A DNA stretch of 64,000 nt, taken from the NCBI RefSeq assembly GCF_006345805.1, contig NC_042997.1, positions 72,416,001-72,480,000 on the forward strand, in the 5' to 3' direction. Position numbers and translations under genes: made by a program. Position 1 is the first letter of the stretch, and each line of letters begins with the position of its first letter. Origin of the DNA: Octopus sinensis (lineage: Eukaryota). Of the stretch, positions 37,842 to 50,400 are shown in pieces. Under the pieces are notes generated by a model that was given only the letters and a program-made list of their open reading frames with translations, had not been told where the DNA came from and did not search any database.

Positions 37842-38771
37842 AATTTCTCCTCAATATTGGATAATATGAAGGCATGTATGGTTCTAGCCACCACGAAATT
37901 GATGGGATCCAACTTGAACAAACTTACCATCCTTCGATTGTAAGGCCTGCATGCTGTATTACATAGAATTCCTTAATTCTTATGGACTGTAGCGTGTGAT
38001 ATAATATTCTTTAAATTTCTATATCTAATTTATAACTATTGAGAATAATGCAAACAGAGCAGTTGTAAGCTTTTTTGCTGATAAGCGTGACAGCTGTATA
38101 TCGTCCTGCCCATGGTTTTATATTACAATCTAAATAAATCAACAAATATGTTGACAAGTTCAGTGCGATGAGTAAACCCCTATTATTCCAAACAGCCATT
38201 GTAAACATAGGACAAAGGCTCTATTACACATGTGAAAAAAGTGAAGACTACATTAGCCACGTAAACCAATTCATTATGTGAAAAGAAATAATGTCTGGTT
38301 ACACAATAGCATATAATGAAGATGGGTAATAAGGAAGATGTGGAAATGATATACGACTTGAGATGAAATGAACTGGTAAGCGACGATTTAGTCTCTATTA
38401 TAAAATACAACGATTGCCATGCATGAAATAAAATAACATAACAGGTTACAACGAAGATGTGTGAAAGACTTCGTAGTTAGGTTGGACTGTTGATCTTGTA
38501 GACAAAGTTGACGTACTGTTTGGTGGTGTGTAGAGGTAGCCGTTGGTCTATTAGTCGTTTAGTGTTCATACAGCAATGATGTAGGCATGCGTCTGGTGGA
38601 GAAGATGAAACTGGAGACTGGCTGATATCAGATACACCGTTGCCGGATGCAAGTTGCGTGTGGTTAATGGCGTGGCCCAAAGACCTAGAGCAGTCGAGTA
38701 CTGTCGTTCTTATAGAGATCACTAAGCTCCCCAGAGCTGGTGATTAATTTCTCGCGTAAGGAAAAACGAAT

Positions 38772-38895
38772 TGTTGCGCCAACACGATTGGACGGCTGGA
38801 AACCGACTAATGCAAACAAAAATTTCAGCTAATCACAGTCATGTGATCTGCTGGAATGAAAGGCTTTGTGGAGCCGATATCCGGGTATTTAAGCC
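38772..38895 (+). promoter_or_regulatory. Promoter/LTR-like module architecturally similar to 4448-4640
   Basis: TGTTG start, ATTGG (38787), cagctaatcacag (38826, 12/13 identical to cagccaatcacag at 4558), GTCATGTGAT, TATTTAA (38887). Confidence 0.3.
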
Positions 38896-40868
38896 TAGAT
38901 AATCCATAACCAAAACATCTCGTACATAAAGACAGTGTAAATCACTTCTGCTACAAGCATTTACGATCATTAATCGGATGGACAGGAGTTTATATATGGC
39001 CTCAGGTTTTGTGATGCTAAAGGGCAATGTAAAATGCTCAGTTGTAGCTAAAATAATACTTATGACCACCTCTGTGAGTACCAGATATGCGATATTTCAA
39101 TTAGTGTTGCCGAACTTTTACTAGCAGCTAGGCGATGTTGAGGGTATTCTCTTAATTCCACATAAACAAACAATCGGCTTTTTGGATAAGCCAGCTTGAA
39201 ATGAGAAACCAAATCTCTTCAAATCACATTGTGGGTTTTTAAAAAGGAAGGGTCATTGACCAATGCAGTCCTAGATAAAATTAGATAGTTGGGTGTTCAT
39301 GGCTAGAATGCCTTTAGTCATAGTTCTGCTTAATCAAGGGACACTTAGGACTAGACCACATCGAGTTCGAGAGTGCACAGATCTTTGCGATTCCTGGCAT
39401 ATCTATCAATTATCTGCAACTATACGATATACATCTTTTCCGGGTCACAAATGTTATACCAACCGGGTTAGGGAGTTAGTTAAACGAAAACTGAAGGGCG
39501 TGATTGCCAACTGGCCAGTGGTGGGAATGAAGACCGGGCGATAGCGAAAATATATTGAGAGCAAACAAGTGAATAAATTGTGAGAGTTAATTTAGAATGA
39601 CATCGCAACCAACAAGCTAGCGGTGAGAATGATTTTCGAACACTTTTTCAACATGACACATGATGGTTATGCTGCCAGAGCAAACGCGCGTGCTCTAAAA
39701 ATACAAAAGAATAAAAGTCCTTTGGAAGGTTTGGGTGACGAAAGCGCAACGTAGAAATAATTCACAATTCGGTCTCAGTAGGACTAAAACTGATGCATGT
39801 AGTACATTTCCAAGCAGATGTGTGCGGCTTTCTACCAGCACTTGTACACGATTTTCTGTGCAGGAAATGGGTTTGAGATGGTATTGAATTTAGTATCTCG
39901 ATGACCTGTTGCAGCTCTCGATAGTCAATCACAATCCATCACAAAGACGCACAAAAGAAGGTAACTTATAGTAACTTACTTGTGCTCTGCTAAGGCATAT
40001 TCTAAATTACGCCAGAGGACTATTAGACACAGGTGGCTTGGTTTAATTTCGCTTCTTCAGTGACAGACACCACCTGGACCATTAGAGTACGCTATTTCTA
40101 GTGCATAGATTGATGTTAATATCAGTTTCGTTCACTTAGGCAGAAGCGTTGTTTGCTAATTTCTTTATAGAAACACAAATTTATAGCCAAAAGACAAAGG
40201 TGCTATCTATCACTGAAAAGACAAAATTAAACTGAAACACTGCTATCTAACGTCACTTGGGAAATGCTGTATTTTTAACGCACAACGTTTCTAAGAATGT
40301 TTTCCATGATAAAATACTGCAGCGAGTGCCATGTGATATTCGAGTAAACAAACGTGTAACTAAGGAACATCGTTATTTTGACCACCGATACTTTGTGCGC
40401 ATATACCAATTGAATTCCTGTCTAGCAGGTCTTATGACTTCTATATAGAAATAGAAGTTATTAGCTAGCTGCAAAGAGTTGATGCATTGTTTATAGATAA
40501 AGAGATGAAATTAAGTCGAAACTTGGGTGTTTGATAGTTCGATGACGTCATTTGAAGTATATTGTGGGATTTAATACAGAAATCTCTTGTGAGAAATAAT
40601 TTTCTGATGCAAAATCCCGCATCAGGTGCCGTTCCATGCTCAACTGGATAAATGTGTGCTACAAATACATAGACACACACACACATACGCGCACGCACGC
40701 ACGTGTGTGTTGCGATTTTTAACTCGTCGCATTATATCTCATACTGCGCCTTTCACTCCTTCCTTTGTTTTTGTATATCGTGCCTCAAATCACACAGCTT
40801 TGTAAACACCCTATTTAACGTTCTTTGCATTTTCATGTATCATCGAGCCCTTATGTATAATAAAGAAA

Positions 40869-40871
<3 letters not shown>

Positions 40872-40933
<62 letters not shown>
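40872..40933. repeat. (ATT)n microsatellite, 3' tail/target of the R4/Dong element
   Basis: Pure ATT run abutting the element's 3'UTR. Confidence 0.95.
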
Positions 40934-40934
<1 letters not shown>

Positions 40935-43900
40935 TATGTTTGACTTTTCCTTTATATTTGTACAAGTTGGCTCCAAGTCTCACCCAGAGACCTCAAGAGA
41001 CAACAGGTTGGAAGTTCATGTTGTTGTTATGCCTAGTGTGCCATATATTGGGGGGGGGGAGGGGTGAGTTTTGGTGTTGTACTAATGAATGTCTAAAAAA
41101 AAAATTTTTTTAAAAACCGAAAATTATGTTTGTTTTAAACCTTGAGATTACATAGAAAGTATTTTGCGTAGGATATGAGCAGTTCCCATGAGCACTATCT
41201 TTTGAATTTCTGCCATTTTTGGGTTTCCTGGTATCTGAGTTAGGTAGCTATCAGCCCCTTTTGCTATCATTCCCAGGGCACCTATGACAACAGGTATTGT
41301 TTTAGTCTTCAGGTTCCACATTTTGCTGATTTCTATTTCAAGATCTTTATATTTGCTCAGTTTTTGGTAGGTCTTGACAGATACGTTTATATCGATTGGG
41401 ACAGTCATATCAATGAGGAGGCATGCTCTTTGTTTGAAGTCTTTCAATATGATGTCTGGCCTATTTGCATCTATCTTTCTGTCACTTTGAATGGTGAAGT
41501 TCCAGAGGAGTGAGATGAGGTCATTTTCAAGCACTGGGGGTGGTTTGTGTTCCCACCAGTTTTTTTCATGGGGCAAATCCAGGTTTTTGCAGATTACCCA
41601 GTGAATATATTGTGCAGCTCTATCGTGTATGTTGAGATACTCTGTAGGCGCTAGAAGACTGCACTTGGAGACCACATGGTCAATGGTTTCATTTTGTTGC
41701 TGGCATACACGACACGTTGGACTGCTTCCGATCTTTAATATGTTGGCCTGGTAGTTTCTTGTTGGTAGGCATTGATCTTGAGCTGCTATGATAAACCCCT
41801 CTGTTTCAGATTTTAAGCCAGAGCCCATTAGCCATTGATGGGTCAGGGCTTTGTCAACATCTGCATTATTTGCTCTCTTTGGGTATTTGCCATAGAGAGG
41901 TTTTTCTTGACATTTATCATTCAGAATATCTAAGGCCGCAGATTTAGCACGGGTTTTCATGCGCTTAGCTTTTTCTGTGCCTGTTTCTTGTATGTCTATC
42001 TCTAATTCCGAAATTTGTTGTATTCGGAATTCACTTAGATATTCCTTTGCCTGTTTTGTTACTGAGTATGATGCTTTCTTGTTTTCATGTTTTGAGACAA
42101 GTTTTAACATCCAGTCCTCAGAGTTTTTCAGGTAGGTGTCTAGGCCAATTGTAGCAATCTTCATTGTTATTGCCAGTTGTAAAAGTCCACGGCCTCCCTC
42201 TTTTCTTGGCAGATAAATCGTTCTGTATCTGCCTTAGGGTGGTGCATTCTATGCATTGTCAACAGTTTTCGTATTTTTCTGTCAAGATTACATATTTCAG
42301 TAATTGACCAGTTAACGATATTGAAACTGTAAGTCACAACTGGTATGGCTAATGCATTGATCGATCCTGTTTCTCGCATTCAGCTCTGTCTTGAGTATTG
42401 CTCTTACTCTGCGATAACATTCTCTCCTGATCCTTTCCTTCATCTCTGAATGCCTTATTCCTTCTCCTTCAAATACCCCTAGATACTTGTAGTTCTCTGC
42501 TGGGTCTAATTCTTTTATGACATTCTGCTGGTCAAGGTTAACGTTAGATGCTTCTGTCATTTTTCCTTTGATAAAGGTAGCTTTTGCACACTTATCGAGG
42601 CCAAATTGCATTCTGATGTCATCACTGAATTGTTTGACAATCGCTAGTAAGCCCTTGAGTTGTTGGTCATTTTTTGCAAAGAGCTTTAAATCATCCATGT
42701 AAATGAGATGATTTATATTTTTATCAAACATTTTATATCCGTACTGCGCGTAATTGAGCAGTTTTGAGAGAGGTATTAAGGCTAAACAGAAGAGGTGTGG
42801 TGATAGTGAGTCACCTTGGAAAATGCCACACGAAATTTTTACATCACCAGCATTTAGAGATTCATTGTCACTGTTCAAAGTTAGAGTGGTTCTCCATGAT
42901 CTCATACTTACAGACAAAAAGTTTCGCAGAGCAGGTGCTATCTTATACATTTCTAGGCATTTCTTAATCCAGCTATGTGGTAGGCTATCAAAAGCCTTTT
43001 TATAGTCTATCCAGGCTATTGATAAGTTTTTGTGTCGTTTGTGACAATCTTCTAAGATCATCTTATTGATGAGTAGTTGATCTCATTAGGGAATATGCTG
43101 CTGTCTGTCAAAAAACTATAGGTATATTCCGTCAGGACAGATGTTAGTGTTTTATACATAGTTGTTAAGCAGGTCTATAGTTTTTTGGTTCATTTGTTTC
43201 TTCACTTTTTGGAAGCAGGAATGTTAACCCATTAACTAGCCAAGGAGGCATCCTACTAGGGTGTTGCAAAACATCATTGTAAAGTTCTGTTAGCAGTTCA
43301 TGACTCTCTGGAAAGGCATTCAACCAAAAGTTAGGGATTTTATCCTTTCCTGGAGACTTCCATTTGCTTGACCTCCTGAGTGCAGATCTTATATCTTCTA
43401 CCTTGACACCCTCCCACTTTTGCTCTTCTAAGGAGTCCAGTTCTTTAGATATTCTATCAATCCAGGGGGCCTTTTCGTTGTGTGTTTTTTCTTCTGCCCA
43501 AATTTTATTCCCAAATCCCTGCACTTCTTTTGATGGTACAGACTTTACAGTAACTGTTGTTTTTCCTATCTTCCTGTAAAAATTTTTGGGGTTATTTTTG
43601 AACATGTTGTTGTCCCTGAAGAATCTAACACGCTTTTCATACCTCGCTATGCGGGCAGCTTTAGCAGATACCTTTTGCTTGATGGTTTCTATGGTGGCAT
43701 CAATATCAAGTATAGTTTTCATATTATATTTTTTCATTAGTTTTTGGGTTTTTGCAGGTTTGGTAGTCTTATGAACCTTAAGGTTTTTCAAATATTCAAT
43801 GTCAGATCTAAATAGTTTAATTTGTTGTTGTAAACGCTCTTGCCAAGAAGGCTTTTTGTGGAAATGTTGCCGTTTTCTAATCTTTTCACCACATAGGATC

Positions 43901-44830
43901 ATTGAGATTTTCGCGGATGCATAGTTTAGGTGGTTGAGATCTGTGATATCAACATCATTAGCTGAAATTATATCCTTAAGTGCAAGCCGGATTTTACCAA
44001 TTATTTTCATGTTTTGGTTAGAGTTGCGGATTTTAGGGAGTGTATCACGTTCATCCATACTGGTTTCTTTAATTTTCATCCATTCAATCATGATTTGCCT
44101 TTTTAGCTCATGTAGTTCTGTCGGGTCAATATTTGTGTGACTTTCTTCATCTATTTGATGTTCATCTGTCTTAGTGTTTATATTTGGTTCAGGGAGTATT
44201 TCACTTTGCCTATCACTTATACTAACTCTTTCAATCCTTACTTCGTTTGTATTAGCTCTGAGCTGGTCTATAATTATTTCCTCTGTATTATCTTCTTTAG
44301 CTGCAGCTTCGTTCATTCTATCCGTTACTGCTTGTCTAATTTGATCAATCTCTACTTCAGTCAGTAATTTTTTTTTTATAATGTTTCTTCTGGCGTTGGC
44401 AAGTTTGTTACTGTCTATGTAGGGTCTTACTTCAGGGTGTTTCTGTCTCCAGTTTATGTAGGTTTGTATAGTGTTCGATTTATCTGTGGGGAAATATATG
44501 GCATGGTAGAAGGCCTCAAGAACTTCTTTATTATCTTCCCTAGTCCATTTTTCCTTCTTTTTCTTTTGAGTGTTTGGTGACGAGCATGGATGGCCATCTG
44601 TTGGAATATTCCAGTTGCGGGGTACGTCCAGCTCCTGTGTGTCGGGAAGATTTGATCCAGTAGCTGATTTTTCAATCAGACTTTGGTTCAATTTTCGGGT
44701 ACGTGGTCTTTTGTAGTCCGCTCGCCGACCATCGCGGATTGTAGGTTGATTTGTTGACATTGAAGCATGACGAGCTTCGACTCTTACATTAAGAGACGGA
44801 TCTGTCAGTTTAGGATTCTCTGCACGTAAT
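40934..44830 (-). mobile_element. R4/Dong-clade non-LTR retrotransposon (RT + CCHC + RLE endonuclease), near full length
   Basis: Single long ORF broken into 43165-44760, 42312-43061, 42167-42379 and 41148-42164. R4-type N-terminus (KWTREDNKEVLEAFY), 'WIDYKKAFDSLPH', 'GIFQGDSLSP', 'YMDDLKL', 'CRVC...ETIDHVVSKC', 'NRPDIIL...LIDMTVP...K..KY'. Ends in (AAT)n. The 5' boundary is uncertain (44830-45045). Confidence 0.92.
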
Positions 44831-45060
44831 CATTGTTCGTAGCGCAGCTTCTTAAGGCTAGCAGATCTGTATTCGTCTGTATTTTTTTTGTTGATAGTTT
44901 TATCTCCGGGCATAGTTTTCCCTTCTTTTTTTATTTATTTATTCACTTTCTTTTAAACTTATGAAAGATTCACTCTGCCTGTATTAGTTCGAAAAAATGA
45001 GAATAAAATATGAGAAAAAAACACAACAAAAAACAAAAATAAGAATTATCATCATCACCG

Positions 45061-45102
<42 letters not shown>

Positions 45103-45895
45103 ATGACATTGTTTTATGTGTAGTCACAGCGGTAGCTTATTATTATTATTATTCTTATTCCCATCACCATCGCCATCGCCACGGTAAAGTGGTCATGTTC
45201 TATAAATAGATTCATCAGATGGTGGGCAAAGGACATTTTGGGTCAGGGAGAGGTCAAACCTGTTTACTAGTACCAGCGTTATCTTGAAAAGCAATCCAGC
45301 TATATATATATACCCATACACATATGTATATGTATATTCACACACGCATATTTTCTGATATTCACTCGATGATTTTGTGTTCAATTGTGTTGTTGCAATA
45401 AAAGTTTACGTGTTTACGTGTTTGGGTAATATATTAAAGTTTTTAAGTATTCTTGAGATGTCCATTTGGAAAAAAAAAGAAAGATTTTTGCAAAGGGAAG
45501 AATGTTTACATTTTCGAATGCTCAGAAAAGGAAATGCTCAGAAATTTTTCTTTTCTTTTTAAAAGTTATGCTGTGGTTTACAGTTTTTGTAGTTGTGCAG
45601 TGTATATATATTGGCATACGCTTACTTCCATAGTTTTTTTTATCGTGCATTTAATTGTGTTGTTACAATAAAAGGCAGACTGTTCACACAAAATTGGAGA
45701 TATTCATGATTCTAAATTCTTTGTTAGGTGTTCGCTTGTATGTGCAAAGCTGTAGATATGTAAGTTCCTTAGCTTATTTTGAGGGAAATTCAAATTACTC
45801 AGAAAACAGTAGATCTTCCAGTTTTTCTGTTGTCACGCAGGGTTGGTCAGAGCAGCGAAAAACACGTCCAGCTTCTATCACGTCCAGCCGCCTTT

Positions 45896-46064
<169 letters not shown>

Positions 46065-46077
46065 CTTTATTCTTTTT

Positions 46078-47237
46078 GGATCTTTTCTATTTTGAGGCCA
46101 GTTTTTTCAAATTTTTCCTACTGAACCAAACAATTTGAAACTTCGTATACTGGTAGAATGTGTCAAAAGTAAACTTAATTGTAAACCAGAATGAAAACGG
46201 AATTGTAACTTCTAAGTTTAACGTTGTTTAATAATTAGAATTTTAACCAATGATATTCCGTCATTCGGCTTTATTTTATTTACTCCGTCTCGACCACCAA
46301 TTTCGTGACGTATTTAACATCTTAAATGTAAACAAGTCAGCCACCTTCTAATAACAATATTTAAAACTAGTTAATAAGCCACATGTATTAAATTGAAAAT
46401 GTTTCCATTCTGTATGTCTGCATGTATGTGTGTGTGTATGTATGTGTAAGTATGTGTGTGTGTGTATGTATGTGTGTGTGTATGTATGTATAGCCGATTC
46501 ATCGTAATTACGATGAATTGGCCATACATACATAGATACATACACACACACACATACATGCAGACATACATATACACATACACCGAGTAAAAAATTTCAG
46601 TTATCTCTCTCTTTCACACATTACTCTCTCTGTCTCTTCACACACACTAACAGAAGCACTTCACTTACACAACATACTGTCTCCCACACCCCATCAAACA
46701 CACACACACACACACATGTACATCAATGCTTCCCCTAGACGGTAACTTCAAAGACAAACTTCCCTCGTCATAAAATCGCTTCCTCTTAGTCTCTTTCGCT
46801 CTCATTACTTATGTAAAAAAATAAAAGTTTTTTACGGAAATCGACGGAAAACTTGTGCTACGACAACGCCGAAATTTAATATTAAAAAAGCAAAGAGCTG
46901 GCAGAAACGTTAGCACGCCGGGCGAAATGCGTAGCCGTATTTCGTCTGCCGTTACGTTCTGTATTTGTTTACAGTTTTCCGAACGTTAGTACGTCACAAA
47001 AGCGCTTTCTACGTCACACTAATAGAATGCAGTCAAGTTTTACACATGAAAACAAACAATCTGATTGGTTAAAATTCGCAGTTTTAATCTACGATTAAAG
47101 TCATAAAATAGATTTTTCTCAAATAAACTAGTTCCAACCTGTGTCTTGTTTTGCTAGACTCTATCAGCATACGAAGTTTCAGATTATTTAGTTAAGTAGA
47201 AAGATCTGTGGTCTTGGCTTCAGAATAGAAAAGATCC
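46078..47237. mobile_element. Merlin-family MITE containing microsatellites and a SINE head (46890-46960)
   Basis: TIRs GGATCTTTTCTATTTTGAGGCCA / TGGCTTCAGAATAGAAAAGATCC. TSD TTCTTTTT / TTCTTTTC (7/8). Subterminal 'aaacttcgtatactggtagaatgtgtc' shared with 8415-8993. Confidence 0.8.
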
Positions 47238-47336
47238 TTCTTTTCAACTCAGGTTGGGACTCCTGGAGTCTTGCATGCATAGCAGGCTTGATACCTGCAG
47301 CCTACGGTACCATGCTATCTGCTCTTTTTAACTCTT

Positions 47337-47386
<50 letters not shown>

Positions 47387-47400
47387 CATTATTATTATTA

Positions 47401-50400
47401 TTTTTGCTTTCCGAGACGACTGATGTGTGTGAAGCTGCTCCGTAAGTTTTCTGCAAATTTTGTTGGAAATCATGTGAAAAGTTTTTATATTTTTCGATAT
47501 TTGTGTGGCCAAACCAACTAACTTCTAGCGGAGCTAGTTGGCTCGGCAAAATTTTACCCCATTGGGGGTACAATTACGTTTTGAAATTTATTTTGCATAC
47601 ATTTTCATTTACAATTTTAAATATGGCTTCGAAGAGAACTAGCTGTTCTCTTCTTCAAGTTTCACCCCCACTACGCGAAAAAATTTCGTTAACGGCTCCG
47701 AACCGCCCATTTCGTGCCTTAAAAGGCAAAGAAAATATTTCGAAGGAACGTGCCAGCGCGTGCAACGTTCCAAATGAAAATGGAAACGAAGGCGTCATTT
47801 GTGACGTCTTCGAAGATTTCCCTCCTCTCCCCTCTGCAAGCGTCCCAGTAGGGGAAAAAGACGGAAAAAAGAACATTACAAAGGAAAACAATAAAGATGG
47901 CGTCGCCTTTGACGTCATTCAGAATTTTCTTTCTCTTCATTCCATGAGTGCAACAGTAGGGGAAAAAGAAGAAAAGAAAATAACAAACAGCATCACCGAC
48001 AACACCACCAGCAACAACACAACAAGCCACCATAGCAATTTTGCTTCTATCACGAAACAAAACACAGAACAAATTGAAATTACATTTGATGAAATAAAAT
48101 CTGCAAAGGGGTTGTTGAGAAAAGAGGGGAACAGTGTCTTCCTCAATACACCTAAACAACTCATAAACGAAACAAAAAAAAAGACCGTGATTTATAAAGT
48201 TTTCGATAAGAAAAACAAAAAAAAAAGACTGTGATTTATAAAGTTTTCGATAAGAAAAACAAAAAAATAACCAATGCAACACCCCAACAATTGGAAATGG
48301 CTCTTAAAACCCATATGGGCCAAAAAGAGCTATGTCTCAAGAGGGAAGCGTTACGGGACGGTGGAGGTTCGCTTCCCAACGGAAGACGATGCAAGGGCGT
48401 ATGCCATTTCGCCCTTGCAAAATGAAAATTTCTTTCTGGTCCCATCATACCTTGGGCGAAAAGTACAAAAAATTAAAATTGATATAATACCCCCCGAACT
48501 CAGTATATCATGGCTGGTGGCGGCTGTCCTCTATGACATAGAGGACACTGCCATTATTCTAGATGTTCGAAGGGTAAGAGAAAAGAACTGGTCAGGTATG
48601 GGTACAAATCCAGCAGGAAAACATTAATGCCATACCTGACTCAGTCATTTTACCAGACGGAACCAGGCTGCACGTTACTGTAGAGGGGCGAAAGCCAAAA
48701 TGTTACCTCTGCAGTAGCGAAAACCACCTGAAGAAGGACTGCCCCATTCACAAAAAAAGAATGGAGGCATACGACAAGAGGCAGCAGCAGCAACAACAAC
48801 AACAACAACAGAAACAACAACAGCACGAAACACCAAAGGCTGCCACACCACCAACACCATCACCACCACCTCCAACAACAACCACCAAACCAACACCAAC
48901 CCCAGCACCAAGAAAAACGACAACAAAAAAACAAGGAGAAACACCACAACCGTCACCATCACCAATAAACACAGCAACACCACCGCTACCAGCAGAAGCA
49001 ACAAAAATCTTTCGCCCTGCTGATGAAGCGGACCCGACAGCCATCCCCTTTCCGGATCAGGACAGCTCGGATTGTGCGAGCACTGATACCGAGAAAGGTG
49101 AATGGCACACAGTGCCTCCAGAGAAGAAAAGGAGGAAAAAACAAGAACACACAGGGGAAGCACGAACAAATAGTGCTTCGCAACATCAACAATAACAACA
49201 ACAACACACACTCACAACAACAAACAACAACAACAACACACACTCACAACAACAAACAACAACAACACTTTCGACACCACTACTGCCACTGCCACACACA
49301 CACCAACACCAACAAACACGATTACAGCAATAAACACAAAAAATGAAAAACTAGTTACATATCTAAAAGACAATACAAGTACACAAATTGAAGATTTCAT
49401 TATACCAACACACAACACACCACCAGCACACATTCTCACAATAAAAATTAATCAAAAAACATATAGTGAAATAAAACAAATATTCCCTAACGATGTCGGA
49501 TCGCTAGGGAAAAGTTTCTCAAAGAAACTTTATAAAAATATAATTGAAGCACCCGTGCAAAAGCACAAGGGAGCCACCCCCACCACCAGCAACAGTAAGT
49601 AAAGCCTTTTTCTCCTTTTATTTTTTCCCACCTTTGAAACATGGCAAATCTTAGAATCGGTTGCTTGAATGCGAGAGGCCTCGGGTCACATTGGAAACAG
49701 GGTCACCTGTTAAACGACCTGAGGTTTCATGATGTGGATGTAGCAGCCATCAGTGAAACCAGGCTCTCCGACCCGCAGGAACTCGCAGCCCTTTTCGGCG
49801 GATACGAGATATTTCTATCTCCGTGTCGGCCGGGAGCGGGCGGTGGTGGTACTGCGGTGTTATTTCGGAAGGGCCTGGACTTGAAAATAAGGACAGTCTT
49901 CCTGGATCCGGAAGGTAAGTTGGTGGTCCTCGACGTAGACGGTAGTGACGGCGGTGCTTTCAGACTGCTGGCTGCCTACGCCCCGACAGGAGCAGGGCAG
50001 TCGGATTATTTCAAACGTCTGGAAGTTTTCCTGGGAACGTCACGCACTCTAGTGCTAGTTGGGGATTGGAACGCTGTCTTAGACGAACGTTTTGGATCGA
50101 GTTGGCAGGGGAGCGTCTGATAGGAGAGGAGGGTGCAAGAGCCTCGCCAGCCTACTCGGACGCTTTCAGCTGTCCGACAGGTTTCGACTAGTCAACCCGA
50201 ATGTGCCAATGTGGACTTGGACCAATCGCATCGGGTCGTCTAGATCGTACTTAGATAGATTGTTTTGTCGGCCAGTGGATAAGGACAGCATAGGGTGTCC
50301 ACAATTCCACCTAGTCGACTACACGGACCACAAATTCGTGATATGTACGGTCGACTTAGATAGGCTACATAGACAGGGACCCGGATACTGGAAGCTGAAC

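Noticed and set aside
44760-44900. HDV-like ribozyme in the R4/Dong 5'UTR (also sought at the RTE 5' end, 26050-26170)
   Set aside because: I could not assemble a nested double pseudoknot by eye; only simple hairpins were found.
45190-45225. Hammerhead-like CTGATGA with hairpin (minus strand)
   Set aside because: It has GAAC instead of GAAAC and no stem III or cleavage triplet; too degenerate to call.
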